Source of the DNA: Alphaproteobacteria bacterium
GTDB lineage: Bacteria > Pseudomonadota > Alphaproteobacteria > Caulobacterales > Maricaulaceae
Assembly (NCBI GenBank): GCA_024742735.1
Contig: JANSXV010000006.1
Span: 11,213 to 75,212, forward strand
Direction of reading: 5' to 3'
DNA: 64,000 bases
The notes beneath the pieces were generated by a model. The model did no database searches. It saw only the letters and a list, made by a program, of their open reading frames with translations, and was not told where the DNA came from. The position numbers were made by a program, and so were the translations under genes. Positions 30,469 to 41,541 of the stretch are shown in pieces. Positions within the stretch are counted from its first letter, which is position 1, and each line of letters starts with the position of its first letter.

Positions 30469-33400
30469 TCAGTCTGGCGAAGCAGGGCCATATCCACCTC
30501 CGCCGGGCGTCTCGATCTCGATGATGTCGCCGGGTTCGACGGTGATCGCGAATTTCGCGGGCAGGGCCGTCACGGCGCCGTCCGGCCTGATCAGCCGCTG
30601 GGCGCCGGCCCGGCCCGGCTCACCGCCCGCCAGACCAGGCGGCAAGGTCGTGCGCCGGCCTGACAGCAGGGCGGCCTCCATCGGCTCCAGGAACTGCATG
30701 CGCCGCACGGCCCCATCCCCGCCGCGCGCCTGGCCGGCGCCGCCGGAGCCGCGCCGCACGCCGTGTGCGAGAACGCGGACCGGATAGCGCAGCTCCAGGA
30801 CCTCCGGGTCGGTCAGGCGCGAATTGGTCATGTGGGTGTGCACAGCGCTCGCCCCATCGAACGGCGCGCCGTCGGCGCCAAGCCCTGCGCCCGCCCCGCC
30901 GCACTGGGTCTCGTAATACTGCCGGGTCTGATCACCGAAGGTGAAGTTGTTCATGGTGCCTTGCGCAGCCGCCATGCGGCCGGTGGCGGCGAACAGGGCG
31001 TCGACCACGAGCTGGCTGGTCTCCACATTGCCCGCGACGACCGCACCTGGCTGTTCTGGTGACAGCAATGAGCGCTCCGGCACGATCAGGATGATCGGCT
31101 TCAGGCAGCCTTCATTGAGCGGGATGGCGTCATCGACAAGGCAGCGCAGCACATAAAGCACCGCAGCCCGCGCCACCGCGACGGGCGCGTTGAAATTATT
31201 GGCCAGCTGGGCGCTCGTACCGGTGAAGTCCACCTCGGCCGTGCGCGCGTCATGATCGACCCGGATGGCGACCTTGATGCGCGCGCCGCCGTCCAGCGCC
31301 ATCTCCGCCTCGCCGTCCTCAAGCGCGCCGATCACGCGGCGCACTGCGGCCTCGGCATTGTTCTGGACATGGCCCATATAGGCCTGAACCACGTCCAGGC
31401 CCTCCGCCTCGATCAGGCGCGACAGGCTCTCCGCACCCCGTGCGCAGGCTGCGAGCTGTGCTTTCAGGTCAGCGATATTGCGATCAGGACTGCGGGCTGG
31501 ATGATCGCCGGACGCGAGCGCGCCGCACACTGCTTCGCTTGCGAACTGTCCATTGTCCAGGATCTTCAGAGCGTCCAGGATGACGCCTTCCTCATCAATC
31601 GTCTTTGAGAAAGGCGGCATGGAACCCGGCGCGATTCCGCCGATATCGGCGTGGTGACCCCGCGCGGCGACGAAGAAGAGCCGCTCGCCGTCTTCAGAGA
31701 AGACCGGCCGGATGACCGTCACATCGGGCAGGTGCGTGCCGCCGTTATAGGGCGCATTCAGCGCCACCGCGTCGCCGGGCCCGAGGTCCGGGTGGGCCTG
31801 CAGGGCCGCGCGCACGCTCGGCGACATGGATCCCAGATGGACCGGCATGTGGGGCGCGTTGGCGACGAGGTCGCCCTGCGCGTCAAACACGGCGCAGGAA
31901 AAGTCCAGCCTTTCCTTTATGTTGACCGAGTGCGCGGTGCGCTCCAGCACCACGCCCATCTCTTCAGCCACCGCCATGAAACGCCGATTGAACAGCTCCA
32001 GCGTGATCGGATCCAGCTCGGTCGAGCCTGCAGAACGTGCAGCCCGGGCCTCATGGGTCAGCACCAGCATCCCGTCCGTCAGGCGTTCGGCGCGCCAGCC
32101 CGGATCGACGACGATGGTCTGGTTGGCGTCCATGATCAGCGCGGGCCCTGAGAGCATCGCCCCGGCGCCCAGATCCTCCAGCCTGAAGACCGGGCAGGTC
32201 CCGTCCGCGCCGCCGGCATGAAGGCGAGCCTCCCCGGCCGGTTCCGGCGCACCTGTCTGGCTGGCGAGCTCGATTTGAGCCCGCGATGCGCTGCGAGGCG
32301 CGGCTTCAGCCTCCACAGCGAGGCTCTCGATGATCAGGCCTGAGTCCGGCTCGAAGCCGAACAGGCGGCGGTGGGCGTCGATGAAGGCGGTGCGGACATC
32401 CTCAAGTTCGCCAAAGGCGACCGGAATGGCCGTGTCGGACCCGTCTGCGCGCAGGCGCAATTCCCGGCGCAGGCGGGTGTCGCCGCCGCCCTGGGCGGCG
32501 ACCGAGCGCTCCGCAGCCTGAGCCAGGTCATTCAGATCCGCTTCGCACCGCGAGATCGCCTCTTCGTCCAGCGGCGCCTCCACGCCGGCCTCGCGCGTCT
32601 CGCGGATCGGCGCCAGGCCGATGCCGTAGGCGGACAGAAGTCCGGCCTGGGGATGGATGAGAGCCGTGGTCATGCCCAGCGCCTCTGCGACCTTGCAGGC
32701 GTGCTGGCCGCCGGCGCCGCCAAACGCATTGAGCGCATAGCCTCGCGGGTCCACGCCCTGGCGCGTCGAAATCTGCCGGATGGCGTCGGCCATGGCCTCC
32801 ACGGCCACGGAGAGGAAGCCCTCCGCCGCGGCTTCAGCGCTCGGCAGGCCCATGGCCTTGGCCAGCTCGCCCAGTGCGGCGCGGGATGCTTCGCTATTCA
32901 GCGGCTGGTCCTGGTCCGCACCGAAGACGGACGGGAACCAGTCCGGCTGAATTCGGCCCAGAACGACATTGGCGTCGGTCACGGCCGGCGGTCCGCCGCG
33001 TCCATAGCAGGCCGGGCCAGGATCGGCGCCCGCACTGTGCGGGCCGACCCGGGCGCGTTCGCCGTCGAAGCTGAGGATCGATCCGCCGCCGGCGGCCACC
33101 GTATGTACGTCCAGCATCGGCGCGCGCAGCACGCGTCCGCCGATCGCGGCCTGGTCGGCGCGGGCGTAGGCTTGCCCATCATAGCGGGACACGTCCGTGG
33201 ACGTGCCGCCCATGTCGAACCCGATCACCTTGTCATAGCCGGCCGCCTTGGCCGTCATCGCCATGCCCACCACGCCGCCGGCCGGCCCTGACAATACGGC
33301 ATTGCGCGCCTTGAAAGACTTCGCATCCGAAAGACCACCGCCGGATTGCATGAAATAGAGCGGCGCACCCTCCAGACCAGCCTCGACCCGGCCCACATAA

Positions 33401-34065
33401 TCGCTCAGCACAGGCTGGAGATAGGCGTCGATCACAGCTGTTGAGGCGCGCGGCGTGAAGCGGATCAGCGGGCTTGCCTCGCTCGAGGCGGTGACATGGC
33501 CGAAACCGGCTTCGCGCGCGAGCTCGGAAAGGCGGACCTCGTGTTGATTGTTCGCATATGAATTAATAAGGGCGATGGCGACGGACTGAAATCCATCCAG
33601 CCGGGCCTGCTCAAGCGCGCTGCGCGCCGCATCCTCGTCGAGCGGTGCGACTTCCGTCCCGTCAGCGGCGATGCGCCCGGTGATCTCCACCGTGCGATGC
33701 GGCAGCGGGGCCGCACGGTCGATTTCCAGGGCGAAAATGTCCGGCCGCGTCTGGTCGCCGATGGTCAGGACATCGGCGAAGCCTTCGGAAACCAGAAACA
33801 GGGTCCGCGCGCCTTTCAGTTCCAGCATCGCATTGGTGGCGACCGTTGTTCCCATCTTCACAAGCGCGACCTCGCTTTCTGCCGCTTGCACGGCCAAGAT
33901 GCGGCGAACGCCCTCGGTGGCGGCGTCTTCGTAGGCGTCATTGTCGGACAGGATCTTGAGGGCGTGCAGGTCGCCCTCAGGGCTGCGCCCGATCACGTCG
34001 GTGAACGTGCCGCCCCGGTCGATCCAGAACTCCCAGGAATTGGCGGCGGGGGTGGTTTCGGTCAC
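30469..34065 (-). CDS. 5-oxoprolinase (ATP-hydrolysing), hydantoinase A+B fusion
   Basis: IDRGGTFTD, GTTVATN, DMGGTSTD, HTVAAGGGS, HMPVHLGSM, HHADIGG, HMTNSRLTDPE, TPGGGGYG; GTG start inferred at 34065. Confidence 0.92.
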   Translation of the reverse strand: MTETTPAANSWEFWIDRGGTFTDVIGRSPEGDLHALKILSDNDAYEDAATEGVRRILAVQAAESEVALVKMGTTVATNAMLELKGARTLFLVSEGFADVLTIGDQTRPDIFALEIDRAAPLPHRTVEITGRIAADGTEVAPLDEDAARSALEQARLDGFQSVAIALINSYANNQHEVRLSELAREAGFGHVTASSEASPLIRFTPRASTAVIDAYLQPVLSDYVGRVEAGLEGAPLYFMQSGGGLSDAKSFKARNAVLSGPAGGVVGMAMTAKAAGYDKVIGFDMGGTSTDVSRYDGQAYARADQAAIGGRVLRAPMLDVHTVAAGGGSILSFDGERARVGPHSAGADPGPACYGRGGPPAVTDANVVLGRIQPDWFPSVFGADQDQPLNSEASRAALGELAKAMGLPSAEAAAEGFLSVAVEAMADAIRQISTRQGVDPRGYALNAFGGAGGQHACKVAEALGMTTALIHPQAGLLSAYGIGLAPIRETREAGVEAPLDEEAISRCEADLNDLAQAAERSVAAQGGGDTRLRRELRLRADGSDTAIPVAFGELEDVRTAFIDAHRRLFGFEPDSGLIIESLAVEAEAAPRSASRAQIELASQTGAPEPAGEARLHAGGADGTCPVFRLEDLGAGAMLSGPALIMDANQTIVVDPGWRAERLTDGMLVLTHEARAARSAGSTELDPITLELFNRRFMAVAEEMGVVLERTAHSVNIKERLDFSCAVFDAQGDLVANAPHMPVHLGSMSPSVRAALQAHPDLGPGDAVALNAPYNGGTHLPDVTVIRPVFSEDGERLFFVAARGHHADIGGIAPGSMPPFSKTIDEEGVILDALKILDNGQFASEAVCGALASGDHPARSPDRNIADLKAQLAACARGAESLSRLIEAEGLDVVQAYMGHVQNNAEAAVRRVIGALEDGEAEMALDGGARIKVAIRVDHDARTAEVDFTGTSAQLANNFNAPVAVARAAVLYVLRCLVDDAIPLNEGCLKPIILIVPERSLLSPEQPGAVVAGNVETSQLVVDALFAATGRMAAAQGTMNNFTFGDQTRQYYETQCGGAGAGLGADGAPFDGASAVHTHMTNSRLTDPEVLELRYPVRVLAHGVRRGSGGAGQARGGDGAVRRMQFLEPMEAALLSGRRTTLPPGLAGGEPGRAGAQRLIRPDGAVTALPAKFAITVEPGDIIEIETPGGGGYGPASPD

Positions 34066-34252
34066 GGGCGGGGCGCTCCGGAAGCTTTGCGAGAAGCCGC
34101 CAACGTGCCTGCGGCGGGAGGGATGCTCAAGCGCTGCGGCGCCGGCGCGCCTTGACGATGCCTGTGCGCTGGGCGCTTTCTTGCGCTGTGATGAGCCTGC
34201 TCGCCGCCATACCGGTCTTTCCGCTGTCCGCGCTCGCCATGGAGCGGCGTTC

Positions 34253-34942
34253 ATGAGTCTGTGGCGGCGCATCGCGGAGTTGATCAAGGGACCGCGCGAC
34301 CCGTTCGACTGCGAAGGCGAGGATTGCCCGCCCGGCCACCGGGTCGACGACGCCGACTTCGCCATGGCCCTGATCGGGCTGGGCGCGAAGATGGCCAAGG
34401 CTGACGGACAGGTCACCCGCGACGAAGTCGCGGCCTTCGCCCAGGTCTTCCGCGCGCCGCCCGGCTTTGAAGAGCCGCTGCGGCGGGCGTTTGATCTGGC
34501 CAAGCAGACCACGCTCGGCTTTGACGGCTATGCGCGCCGGCTGGCCAAACGCTTCCGCCACCATCCCGATGTGCTGGAGAACGTGCTCGACGGTCTGTTC
34601 CACATCGCCAAGGCCGATGGCCGGGTGACGGCGGACGAGGAGGACTATCTCTCCCGGGTCGCCGACATCTTCGGATTCCAGTCACTGGAGTTTGAGCGCA
34701 TCAAGGTGGCTCACCTGGGTGCGCCGGAAGACGACCCCTGGGCGCTGCTGGGCGTGGAGCGCGGCGCGGATCTGGAGACGGTCAAGCGCGCCTGGCGCAA
34801 GGCCGCGTCCCAGAACCATCCCGACAAGTTGATCGCACGCGGCGCGCCGCCGGAGATGCAGCGTATCGCCGATGCGAAAATGTCCGCGATCAACGCCGCT
34901 TACCGTGAAATCGAGGCCCGACTTGCAGGCGTGGGCGCCTGA
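34253..34942 (+). CDS. djlA: TerB-like + J-domain co-chaperone (DjlA-like)
   Basis: AKMAKADGQV, FHIAKADG, C-terminal J domain NHPDK. Confidence 0.8.
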   Translation: MSLWRRIAELIKGPRDPFDCEGEDCPPGHRVDDADFAMALIGLGAKMAKADGQVTRDEVAAFAQVFRAPPGFEEPLRRAFDLAKQTTLGFDGYARRLAKRFRHHPDVLENVLDGLFHIAKADGRVTADEEDYLSRVADIFGFQSLEFERIKVAHLGAPEDDPWALLGVERGADLETVKRAWRKAASQNHPDKLIARGAPPEMQRIADAKMSAINAAYREIEARLAGVGA

Positions 34943-35041
34943 CCATCTTGCAGCTTCGTAACAATTCGCGTCCGCCGCGCCCATTGACCGGGCGCGGGCT
35001 TCACCCAAATGATAGGGGTGCGAAGCGCGAAGGAGGCCGCC

Positions 35042-35329
35042 ATGACCTATCAGCAATCGTTTTCCGGTCCCGGCCTCATGGGTCTGCTCCGCGCGGGCGC
35101 TGCGGCGCTCATCGCAGCGGCCTTCATCGCACTGGTCTTTGTCCTCGCCGCCTTTCTGACCATGGCCGCTCTGGTCGCGGCCGGTGTCGCGGCGCTCGGC
35201 GCTTCGGCCTGGTGGCTTTATCGCAAGGTGCGGGGCGGCAAGGATAAATCCGGCCCGACCATTCTGGTTGCGCGCCGCGGCCCTCATGGCTGGACGGTTG
35301 ATGGCGAGGATCAGGCGCGCGGCGCCTGA
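35042..35329 (+). CDS. Small membrane protein
   Basis: AAGGAGG RBS, long hydrophobic stretch, basic tail. Confidence 0.65.
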   Translation: MTYQQSFSGPGLMGLLRAGAAALIAAAFIALVFVLAAFLTMAALVAAGVAALGASAWWLYRKVRGGKDKSGPTILVARRGPHGWTVDGEDQARGA

Positions 35330-35382
35330 TCAAGCCTCACCCAACGCTTGAAGCCGCAACCCGGCTCCTCTAGAGCCGGATC

Positions 35383-36294
35383 ATGACTGCTCGCCATTTC
35401 GCCCTTCTGTTCGCGATCTGCTTCACCTGGGGCGTCAATTTTGTCGTCTCCAAGTGGGCGGTATCCGGTACGCCGGTAATCGTGGAAGGATTTGACGGCG
35501 CGCCGCCGCTCTTCTTCGCGTTCATGCGATTTGCCCTGCTCTACGCCGTGCTGGCCCCCTTCCTGCGCCCCATCCCCAAGGATATGGGCGCGGTCATCGG
35601 TGCGGGCCTGACCATGGGCGCGATCCAGTTCGCGCTCCTTTTTATCGGTCTGCGCTACGCCACGCCGTCTACGATCGCCATCGTCGTCCAGCTCTCGGTC
35701 CCGTTCACGACCATCCTGTCCATTGTGTTCCTGTCGGAGAAGGTGGGCTGGGTGCGCGGAAGCGGCATGGCCCTGGCCTTCCTGGGCGCCGGGCTGGTCG
35801 TGGCCAAGCCCGCGGAGATCAGCTTCACCGTCGGATTGCTGGCCGGGGTCGGGGCGGCGCTGTCGGCGGCGGCCGGTTCGATCTTCGTCAAGCGGACCAC
35901 CGCGCCGGCCCTGTCGCTGCAGGCCTGGATCGGGCTGATCTCCTGGCCGCCGCTGCTGATCGCCTCCATGCTGCTGGAAAGCGATCAGATCAACCAGACG
36001 CTGGCGGGCGGCTGGCCGTTCCTGACGGTTCTGATCTTCACCGTCGTGCTGGTGAACGTGTTCGGCCATGGCAGCTTCTACTTCCTGCTGCGCCGCTACG
36101 ACGCCTCCATGATCGCCCCGCTGACGCTGATGGCGCCGCTGATCGGGGTGATCGCTGGAGTGATCCTGCTGGGCGATCCGGTGACGTGGCAGCTTGTGCT
36201 GGGCGGGCTTCTGGCGCTGACTGGCGTGGGCGTGGTCGCCGCGCGCAGGTCGAAGACGCTGCCGGCGGAGACCGTTCTTCGAAAGCCCCGTTAG
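35383..36294 (+). CDS. DMT/EamA family transporter
   Basis: WGVNFVVSK, PLFFAFMRF, two EamA repeats, LLGDPVT. Confidence 0.9.
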   Translation: MTARHFALLFAICFTWGVNFVVSKWAVSGTPVIVEGFDGAPPLFFAFMRFALLYAVLAPFLRPIPKDMGAVIGAGLTMGAIQFALLFIGLRYATPSTIAIVVQLSVPFTTILSIVFLSEKVGWVRGSGMALAFLGAGLVVAKPAEISFTVGLLAGVGAALSAAAGSIFVKRTTAPALSLQAWIGLISWPPLLIASMLLESDQINQTLAGGWPFLTVLIFTVVLVNVFGHGSFYFLLRRYDASMIAPLTLMAPLIGVIAGVILLGDPVTWQLVLGGLLALTGVGVVAARRSKTLPAETVLRKPR

Positions 36295-36304
36295 GAGCGC
36301 CGCC

Positions 36305-37051
36305 ATGAGCCTGCAGATCGAGCGCAGGGACAGCCCCAACCACAACGCCCGCAAGCGGGACGTCTCGCTTCTGGTGCTGCACTATACCGGCATGGACACC
36401 GCTGAAGCCGCCATCGAACGGCTGTGCGATCCCGATGCCGCTGTCAGCGCCCACTATGTGGTGTGCGAGGACGGGCGGGTCGTTCAGCTGGTCGATGAAG
36501 ACCGCCGCGCCTGGCATGCGGGTCTCGGCGTGTGGGCGGGAGAGACCGACGTCAATTCGGCCTCCGTCGGGATCGAGATCGTCAATGGCGGGCATTGCTA
36601 TGGCCTGCCGGAGTTTCCCCGCGCCCAGATCACCGCCGTTATCGAGTTGTGCGAAGCGGTGATGGCGCGCTGGACGATCCATCCTGCCGGGGTCATCGGG
36701 CACTCCGACCTGGCGCCGGAGCGCAAGCTCGATCCCGGCGAGCGCTTCCCCTGGGCGCGGCTGGCCGACTACGGTGTCGGGGTCTGGCCCGATCCGGTCA
36801 CGGCCGGGCATGGTCTGAGGTTCGGACCTGGACATGGCGAGGGCGACACGCTCGCCGCCGTGCAGACCCACCTGGCGCGGATCGGCTACGGGGTGGATGC
36901 CGATGGACGGTACACCCCGCGCACGCGCGCAGTGGTCGCCGCCTTCCAGCGCCGCTTCCGCCCGGCCCATGCGGACGGCCTGGTCGATGCGGAGACCGAA
37001 GCGCTGATCGAGGCGGTGCGAGACCTGACCCGGCGCGACCGCATGGGCTGA
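36305..37051 (+). CDS. N-acetylmuramoyl-L-alanine amidase (Amidase_2 + PG-binding domain)
   Basis: LVLHYTG, VSAHY, RAWHAG, SVGIEIVN, GHSD..P.RK.DPG. Confidence 0.93.
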   Translation: MSLQIERRDSPNHNARKRDVSLLVLHYTGMDTAEAAIERLCDPDAAVSAHYVVCEDGRVVQLVDEDRRAWHAGLGVWAGETDVNSASVGIEIVNGGHCYGLPEFPRAQITAVIELCEAVMARWTIHPAGVIGHSDLAPERKLDPGERFPWARLADYGVGVWPDPVTAGHGLRFGPGHGEGDTLAAVQTHLARIGYGVDADGRYTPRTRAVVAAFQRRFRPAHADGLVDAETEALIEAVRDLTRRDRMG

Positions 37052-37092
37052 GCCCCTTGACCTGCAGGGTCAGGCAGCGCTTATGGGCTCCT

Positions 37093-37491
37093 GTCAGGCG
37101 GCCGGGCGGCCGCTCCTGCAAGCGGAGAAATCCCGCAGGAGAGGAAAGTCCGGGCTCCACGAAGGCAAGGCGCCGGGGAAATCCCGGCGGGCCGGTTTAT
37201 CCGGTTCAGGGACAGCGCCGCAGAAATCAGACCGCCGGGACTGCGCAAGCGCCCCGGCAAGGGTGAAACGGTGGGGTAAGAGCCCACCGCCCCGACCGCA
37301 AGGAAGGGGGCACGGCAAGCCCCGCCTGGAGCAAGGCCGAATAGGGATGCAACGTCCGTCCGCGGACAGGCGCGCCTTTGCGTTTCGCATCCGGGTAGGC
37401 CGCACGAGGCGGCGCGCAAGCGCCGTCCCAGATGAATGGTCGCCACGCCGCTTTGCGCGGCGGACAGAACCCGGCTTACAGGCCGCCTGAC
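37093..37491 (+). ncRNA. rnpB: RNase P RNA (type A)
   Basis: GAGGAAAGTCCGGGCTCC, GGGTGAAACGGTGGGGTAAGAGCCCACC, ACAGAACCCGGCTTACAG; terminal P1 pairing GTCAGGCGGCC / GGCCGCCTGAC. Confidence 0.97.
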
Positions 37492-37818
37492 GCTTTTCTC
37501 CGAAATGAGGACATGCGCCGCCGGGGGTGATGGCGCGAACCTGTGACTGCTTGCCCCGTTCTGACAAACGCGTCCGAGCTGGATCCGAGGGTCCGGGGCC
37601 CCTTCTGTCCTGAAGATGGCCGATGTCAGCAGGGCGATGGAGCCCATAGTGCTCGCCTTTCTGGCGCACGGATGATGCGTGAAGGCGGCCGCCGCGCCCC
37701 GTCGTTTACCAACTCTGTGCTGAGTTCTTTCTCTGTTCCATTCGTTAACGCGAGAAAGCCCCTGTCTTTACTTGGGCCGGCATGTTTTCGCGCGTAGAAG
37801 TGGGGTTTCGGCGTTGTT

Positions 37819-37844
37819 TCCCATGATTTCCCATGGTATCCCAT
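37819..37844. promoter_or_regulatory. MraZ operator (three TCCCAT repeats at 10-bp period)
   Basis: TCCCAT at 37819, 37829 and 37839 (TGGGA on the minus strand) upstream of mraZ. Confidence 0.7.
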
Positions 37845-37896
37845 AGTTAACAGCGCATGCGGGGTGTGCTGATGGTTTGGGGACCTGCCGGGACCG

Positions 37897-38364
37897 ATGT
37901 TCGTCTCAACGACCATTAACGGGATCGACGCGAAGGGGCGGGTGAGCGTGCCGGCCGACTTCCGCGCGACCGTGACAGGTCAGGGTTTCGCAGGCGTTTA
38001 TGTCTGGCGCTCCCCGTTCGGCGATTATCTGGAGGGCGGCGGGCTGCGCCTGCTGGAGGACCTCCACGACGCCATCGAGGACCTCGACCCGTTCGATCCG
38101 GCCCGCGCCGCCCATGAGCGCGTGATCTTCGGCGGCGCCAAGGCGCTGATGTTCGACTCCACCGGCCGGGTCACCCTGCCCAAGGACCTCATGGCCCATG
38201 CCGGGCTGGACAAGCAGGCCGTATTCATCGGCATGGGTCAGCGCTTTGAAATCTGGGATCCCAAGTCCCACGCCGAGACCGAAGAAGAAGCCCTGAGGCT
38301 GGCGCGCGAAAACCGCGGCGCCCTGAAGAGCCGGCGCCGCCGCGAGCGGGAGGCGCAGTCATGA
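37897..38364 (+). CDS. mraZ: Transcriptional regulator MraZ
   Basis: [13 protein letters not shown] and [10 protein letters not shown] repeats, FEIW. Confidence 0.95.
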   Translation: MFVSTTINGIDAKGRVSVPADFRATVTGQGFAGVYVWRSPFGDYLEGGGLRLLEDLHDAIEDLDPFDPARAAHERVIFGGAKALMFDSTGRVTLPKDLMAHAGLDKQAVFIGMGQRFEIWDPKSHAETEEEALRLARENRGALKSRRRREREAQS

Positions 38365-39362
38365 GCGCGCCGCACCTGCCTGTCATGCTGGACGAAGTCC
38401 TTCACGGCCTGCAGCCGCGCGACGGCGGGCTGTATGTCGATGCGACCTTCGGGGCGGGCGGCTATACCCGCGCCATTCTCGATAGCGCCGATTGCCGTGT
38501 TCTGGGCGTCGACCGCGATCCCTCCGCGCGTGAAACCGCCGAGCGCGTCAAGGCGGCGTACCCCAAGCGCTTCGCCTTCGCCTCCGGCCCGTTCTCCCTG
38601 ATGGAGGACGTGCTGGACGAGGCCGAAAGCTCGGGCGCGGACGGGGTCGTGTTCGACCTTGGGGTCTCCTCCATGCAGATCGACCAGGCCGAGCGCGGCT
38701 TTTCCTTTCAGAAGGACGGTCCGCTGGACATGCGCATGTCCATCTCCGGGCCCAGCGCGGCGGACGCGGTGAATGGCCTGGAAATGCGCGAGCTCGCCGC
38801 GATCTTCCGGGTCTATGGCGAGGAGCGTCAGGCGCGCCGCGCCGCCCAGGCCATCGTGCGCGCCCGCGAAGAAGCGCCCATCAGCTCGACGCTGCAGCTG
38901 GCAGACATCGTCGCCAGGGCGGTCGGCGGCAAGCCGGGCCGTATCCATCCGGCCACCCGCGCCTTTCAGGGGCTGCGCATCTACGTCAATGACGAGCTGG
39001 GCGAGCTGATGCGCGGTCTGACCGCGGCGGAACACTCGCTCAAAGCCGCAGGCCGGCTGGTCGTCGTGACCTTCCATTCGCTGGAAGACCGCATCGTGAA
39101 GAATTTCCTGCGCGAGCGCGCCGGGCTGGTCGCAGGCGGCTCGCGCCACCAGCCGGAAGTCCAGGCGGGCCAGGCGCCGAGTTTCTCCCTGGTTTCGAAG
39201 AAGGCGCTGGCCGCCAGCGCCTCCGAAGCGGCGGAGAACCCGCGCGCCCGCTCCGCCAAGTTGCGTGCGGCGATCCGCACCGCCGCGCCTGCCTTTGATC
39301 GTCCCGAAAGCGCCTTTCCCGGCGCTCCGTCCTATGAACGCCTTCTGGAGGTCGCGTCATGA
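38361..39362 (+). CDS. rsmH: 16S rRNA m4C1402 methyltransferase
   Basis: [51 protein letters not shown]. Confidence 0.97.
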   Translation: MSAPHLPVMLDEVLHGLQPRDGGLYVDATFGAGGYTRAILDSADCRVLGVDRDPSARETAERVKAAYPKRFAFASGPFSLMEDVLDEAESSGADGVVFDLGVSSMQIDQAERGFSFQKDGPLDMRMSISGPSAADAVNGLEMRELAAIFRVYGEERQARRAAQAIVRAREEAPISSTLQLADIVARAVGGKPGRIHPATRAFQGLRIYVNDELGELMRGLTAAEHSLKAAGRLVVVTFHSLEDRIVKNFLRERAGLVAGGSRHQPEVQAGQAPSFSLVSKKALAASASEAAENPRARSAKLRAAIRTAAPAFDRPESAFPGAPSYERLLEVAS

Positions 39363-39712
39363 TCCGCATTGCTGAAGTCCTGGCCGCCCTGGTCGCCGCT
39401 TCGCTTCTGGCGGCGCTATATTTCGCCAAGTCCTCCACGGCCGCCGACCAGCAGGAGCTGGCCCGGCTGGAAGCCGAACTCGCCCGTGAGCGTGGCCGGA
39501 TCAGCGCTCTTGAGGCCGAGATCGCGCTTCAGGAGGATCCTGAGAATCTGCGCCGTCTGGCCCGCGCTCATCTGGGCTTCGAGCCGGTGCGCGGCGATCA
39601 GGAGATCGCCTTCTCCGACCTGCCGCGGATCAGCGCGGCTGGCGGCGGGTCTGTTCACAACGCCGGGCTTCAGGCCGCGCGCGCCTATCCTGAAGCCATC
39701 CGCACGCCATGA
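39359..39712 (+). CDS. ftsL: Cell division protein FtsL
   Basis: TM + coiled coil; located between rsmH and ftsI. Confidence 0.85.
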   Translation: MIRIAEVLAALVAASLLAALYFAKSSTAADQQELARLEAELARERGRISALEAEIALQEDPENLRRLARAHLGFEPVRGDQEIAFSDLPRISAAGGGSVHNAGLQAARAYPEAIRTP

Positions 39713-41541
39713 AGCTGATCCGCCGCCTTCTTGGCCGTGTGACGGTCTCCAGCGACGCCCGGCGCGCCCCGCCGGCGCCGAAGGAGGAGTCGCCGGCCCG
39801 CGCCACGCGCCGCGTCCATCTGGGCGCGCCGGCCGCCGGCGGACCGGAGCGGCTGCGCGGGCGGCTGTCGGTTATCGGGCTGGTGCTTGCGGGCGCTTTC
39901 GCCGTCACCGGTGCGCGCGCGGTGGAGGTCGCGGTGTTTGACGCCACGCCGCCCTCTACACGCATGGCGGCGTCAGATGCCGAGGCGCGCCGGGCGATGA
40001 TCCTGGACCGCGATGGGGAGATTCTCGCCTCCACACTGGATTTCCACACCGTCTATGCCGACCCCGCCTACATCTGGGATCCCGAGGAGGTCGCGGACCG
40101 GCTGGTCGGCGTGTTGCCCGATCTGGATCGCGATCGTCTGCTGGAGCGGCTGAGTTCCGACACGCGCTACGTCCTGATCGCCGACAGTGTCTCGCCGCGC
40201 ACACGTCAGGCGATCCACATGCTCGGCCTGGCCGGCGTCTTCTTCCGGTCCGAGCCGGGCCGGGTCTATCCCAAGCAGCGCGCGGCGGCCCATCTGGTGG
40301 GCTTCGCCGGACGCGGCGGGCGCGGCCTGACCGGCGCCGAGCTGGCGTTTGACGCCGAGCTCAGCGAGGGCGCGGGCCCGGTCTTCCTGTCCATCGATCT
40401 GACCGCCCAGCATCGGGTGGAGAGCGTGCTGCGCCGGCGCATGGCCGAGCATCAGGCCGCCGGCGCCTCGGCGATCCTCATGCGCGTCGGCACGGGCGAA
40501 GTGATCGCCATGACCTCGCTGCCGGACTTTGACCCGAACCATTATCTGTCGGTTCAGGCCCCGCCGGGCGGATCGGGCCGGATCGATCCACGTTTCAATC
40601 AGGCGACTTCGGGCGTTTACGAGCTGGGCTCGGTGTTCAAGCCGCTGGCGCTGGCTGCGGGGCTGGAATCCGGCCGGGTGCATCTGGACGATGTTTTCGA
40701 CGCCGGCGAGCCGGTGCGCATCGGCGGCCATGTGATCCGGGACTATCGCGGCGAGGACAGGCCCCTGACGGCGCGCGAAGTGATCCTGTCCTCGTCCAAT
40801 ATCGGCGCGGCGCGCATGGCCGATCAGATCGGTGCGGACGTCCTGACAGATTTTTATCGCGATCTTCGACTGTTCGAGCCGGCGCCGATCGAGTTGGCCG
40901 AAAGCGGCGCACCGCAGCTGCCCCGGCGCTGGGGCCGTATCCAGACCATGACGGCCTCCTACGGCCATGGTCTGGCGGTCAGTCCGCTGGCTTTGACGGC
41001 GGCCTACGCCGCGCTCGCCAATGGCGGGGTTTATGTCGCGCCCACCCTGCGTCCGGTCGCGCCGGGCGAGACGGTCGTCGGCGAGTCGGTGATGAGCCCC
41101 TCCGTCGCCGCCCAGGTGCTCGGCGTGCTGCGCGAGAATGTCGTGCGCTCCCAGACGGGCTCGGCCGATGTTCCCGGCCTCGCCGTCGCTGGCAAGACCG
41201 GCACCGCAGAGCGCGCTGTGGCGGGCGGGTATGCGGAAGACAGCCGGTTCAATACCTTTGTCGCCGTGTTCCCCTTTGACGATCCGCAATACGTCCTGAC
41301 CGTCAGCATGGATCGGCCTCGCCCGACTGAAGACACCCACGGCTTCGCCACCGCCGGATGGACCGCCATGCCCGCCGCCGGTGAGATCATGGCCCAGCTG
41401 GCCGGCGTGCTCGACCTGGAGCGCCGGGAGGCCGATCCGACGGCGCGCGCCTCCAATGTGGAGGCCTTGTTCGCGCCGCGCGGGCCTGTGCGCGCGCCCG
41501 TGGAAGAGCCTGTCGCGTTGCCGGGCGAGGCGGGACAGTGA
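39709..41541 (+). CDS. ftsI: Peptidoglycan transpeptidase FtsI/PBP3
   Basis: SVFK, SSN and KTG active-site motifs; PBP dimerisation domain. Confidence 0.93.
   Translation: MKLIRRLLGRVTVSSDARRAPPAPKEESPARATRRVHLGAPAAGGPERLRGRLSVIGLVLAGAFAVTGARAVEVAVFDATPPSTRMAASDAEARRAMILDRDGEILASTLDFHTVYADPAYIWDPEEVADRLVGVLPDLDRDRLLERLSSDTRYVLIADSVSPRTRQAIHMLGLAGVFFRSEPGRVYPKQRAAAHLVGFAGRGGRGLTGAELAFDAELSEGAGPVFLSIDLTAQHRVESVLRRRMAEHQAAGASAILMRVGTGEVIAMTSLPDFDPNHYLSVQAPPGGSGRIDPRFNQATSGVYELGSVFKPLALAAGLESGRVHLDDVFDAGEPVRIGGHVIRDYRGEDRPLTAREVILSSSNIGAARMADQIGADVLTDFYRDLRLFEPAPIELAESGAPQLPRRWGRIQTMTASYGHGLAVSPLALTAAYAALANGGVYVAPTLRPVAPGETVVGESVMSPSVAAQVLGVLRENVVRSQTGSADVPGLAVAGKTGTAERAVAGGYAEDSRFNTFVAVFPFDDPQYVLTVSMDRPRPTEDTHGFATAGWTAMPAAGEIMAQLAGVLDLERREADPTARASNVEALFAPRGPVRAPVEEPVALPGEAGQ

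Noticed and set aside
30469-34512. Extended ORF-track starts (oxoprolinase 34512, djlA 33941, ispG 1600, marC 5111, murG 47852, lpxC 56839)
   Set aside because: The extensions overlap neighbouring genes or promoters and lack homology; downstream starts with an RBS were used.
37081-37669. Several overlapping ORFs in the track
   Set aside because: They overlie the RNase P RNA gene, which explains the sequence.
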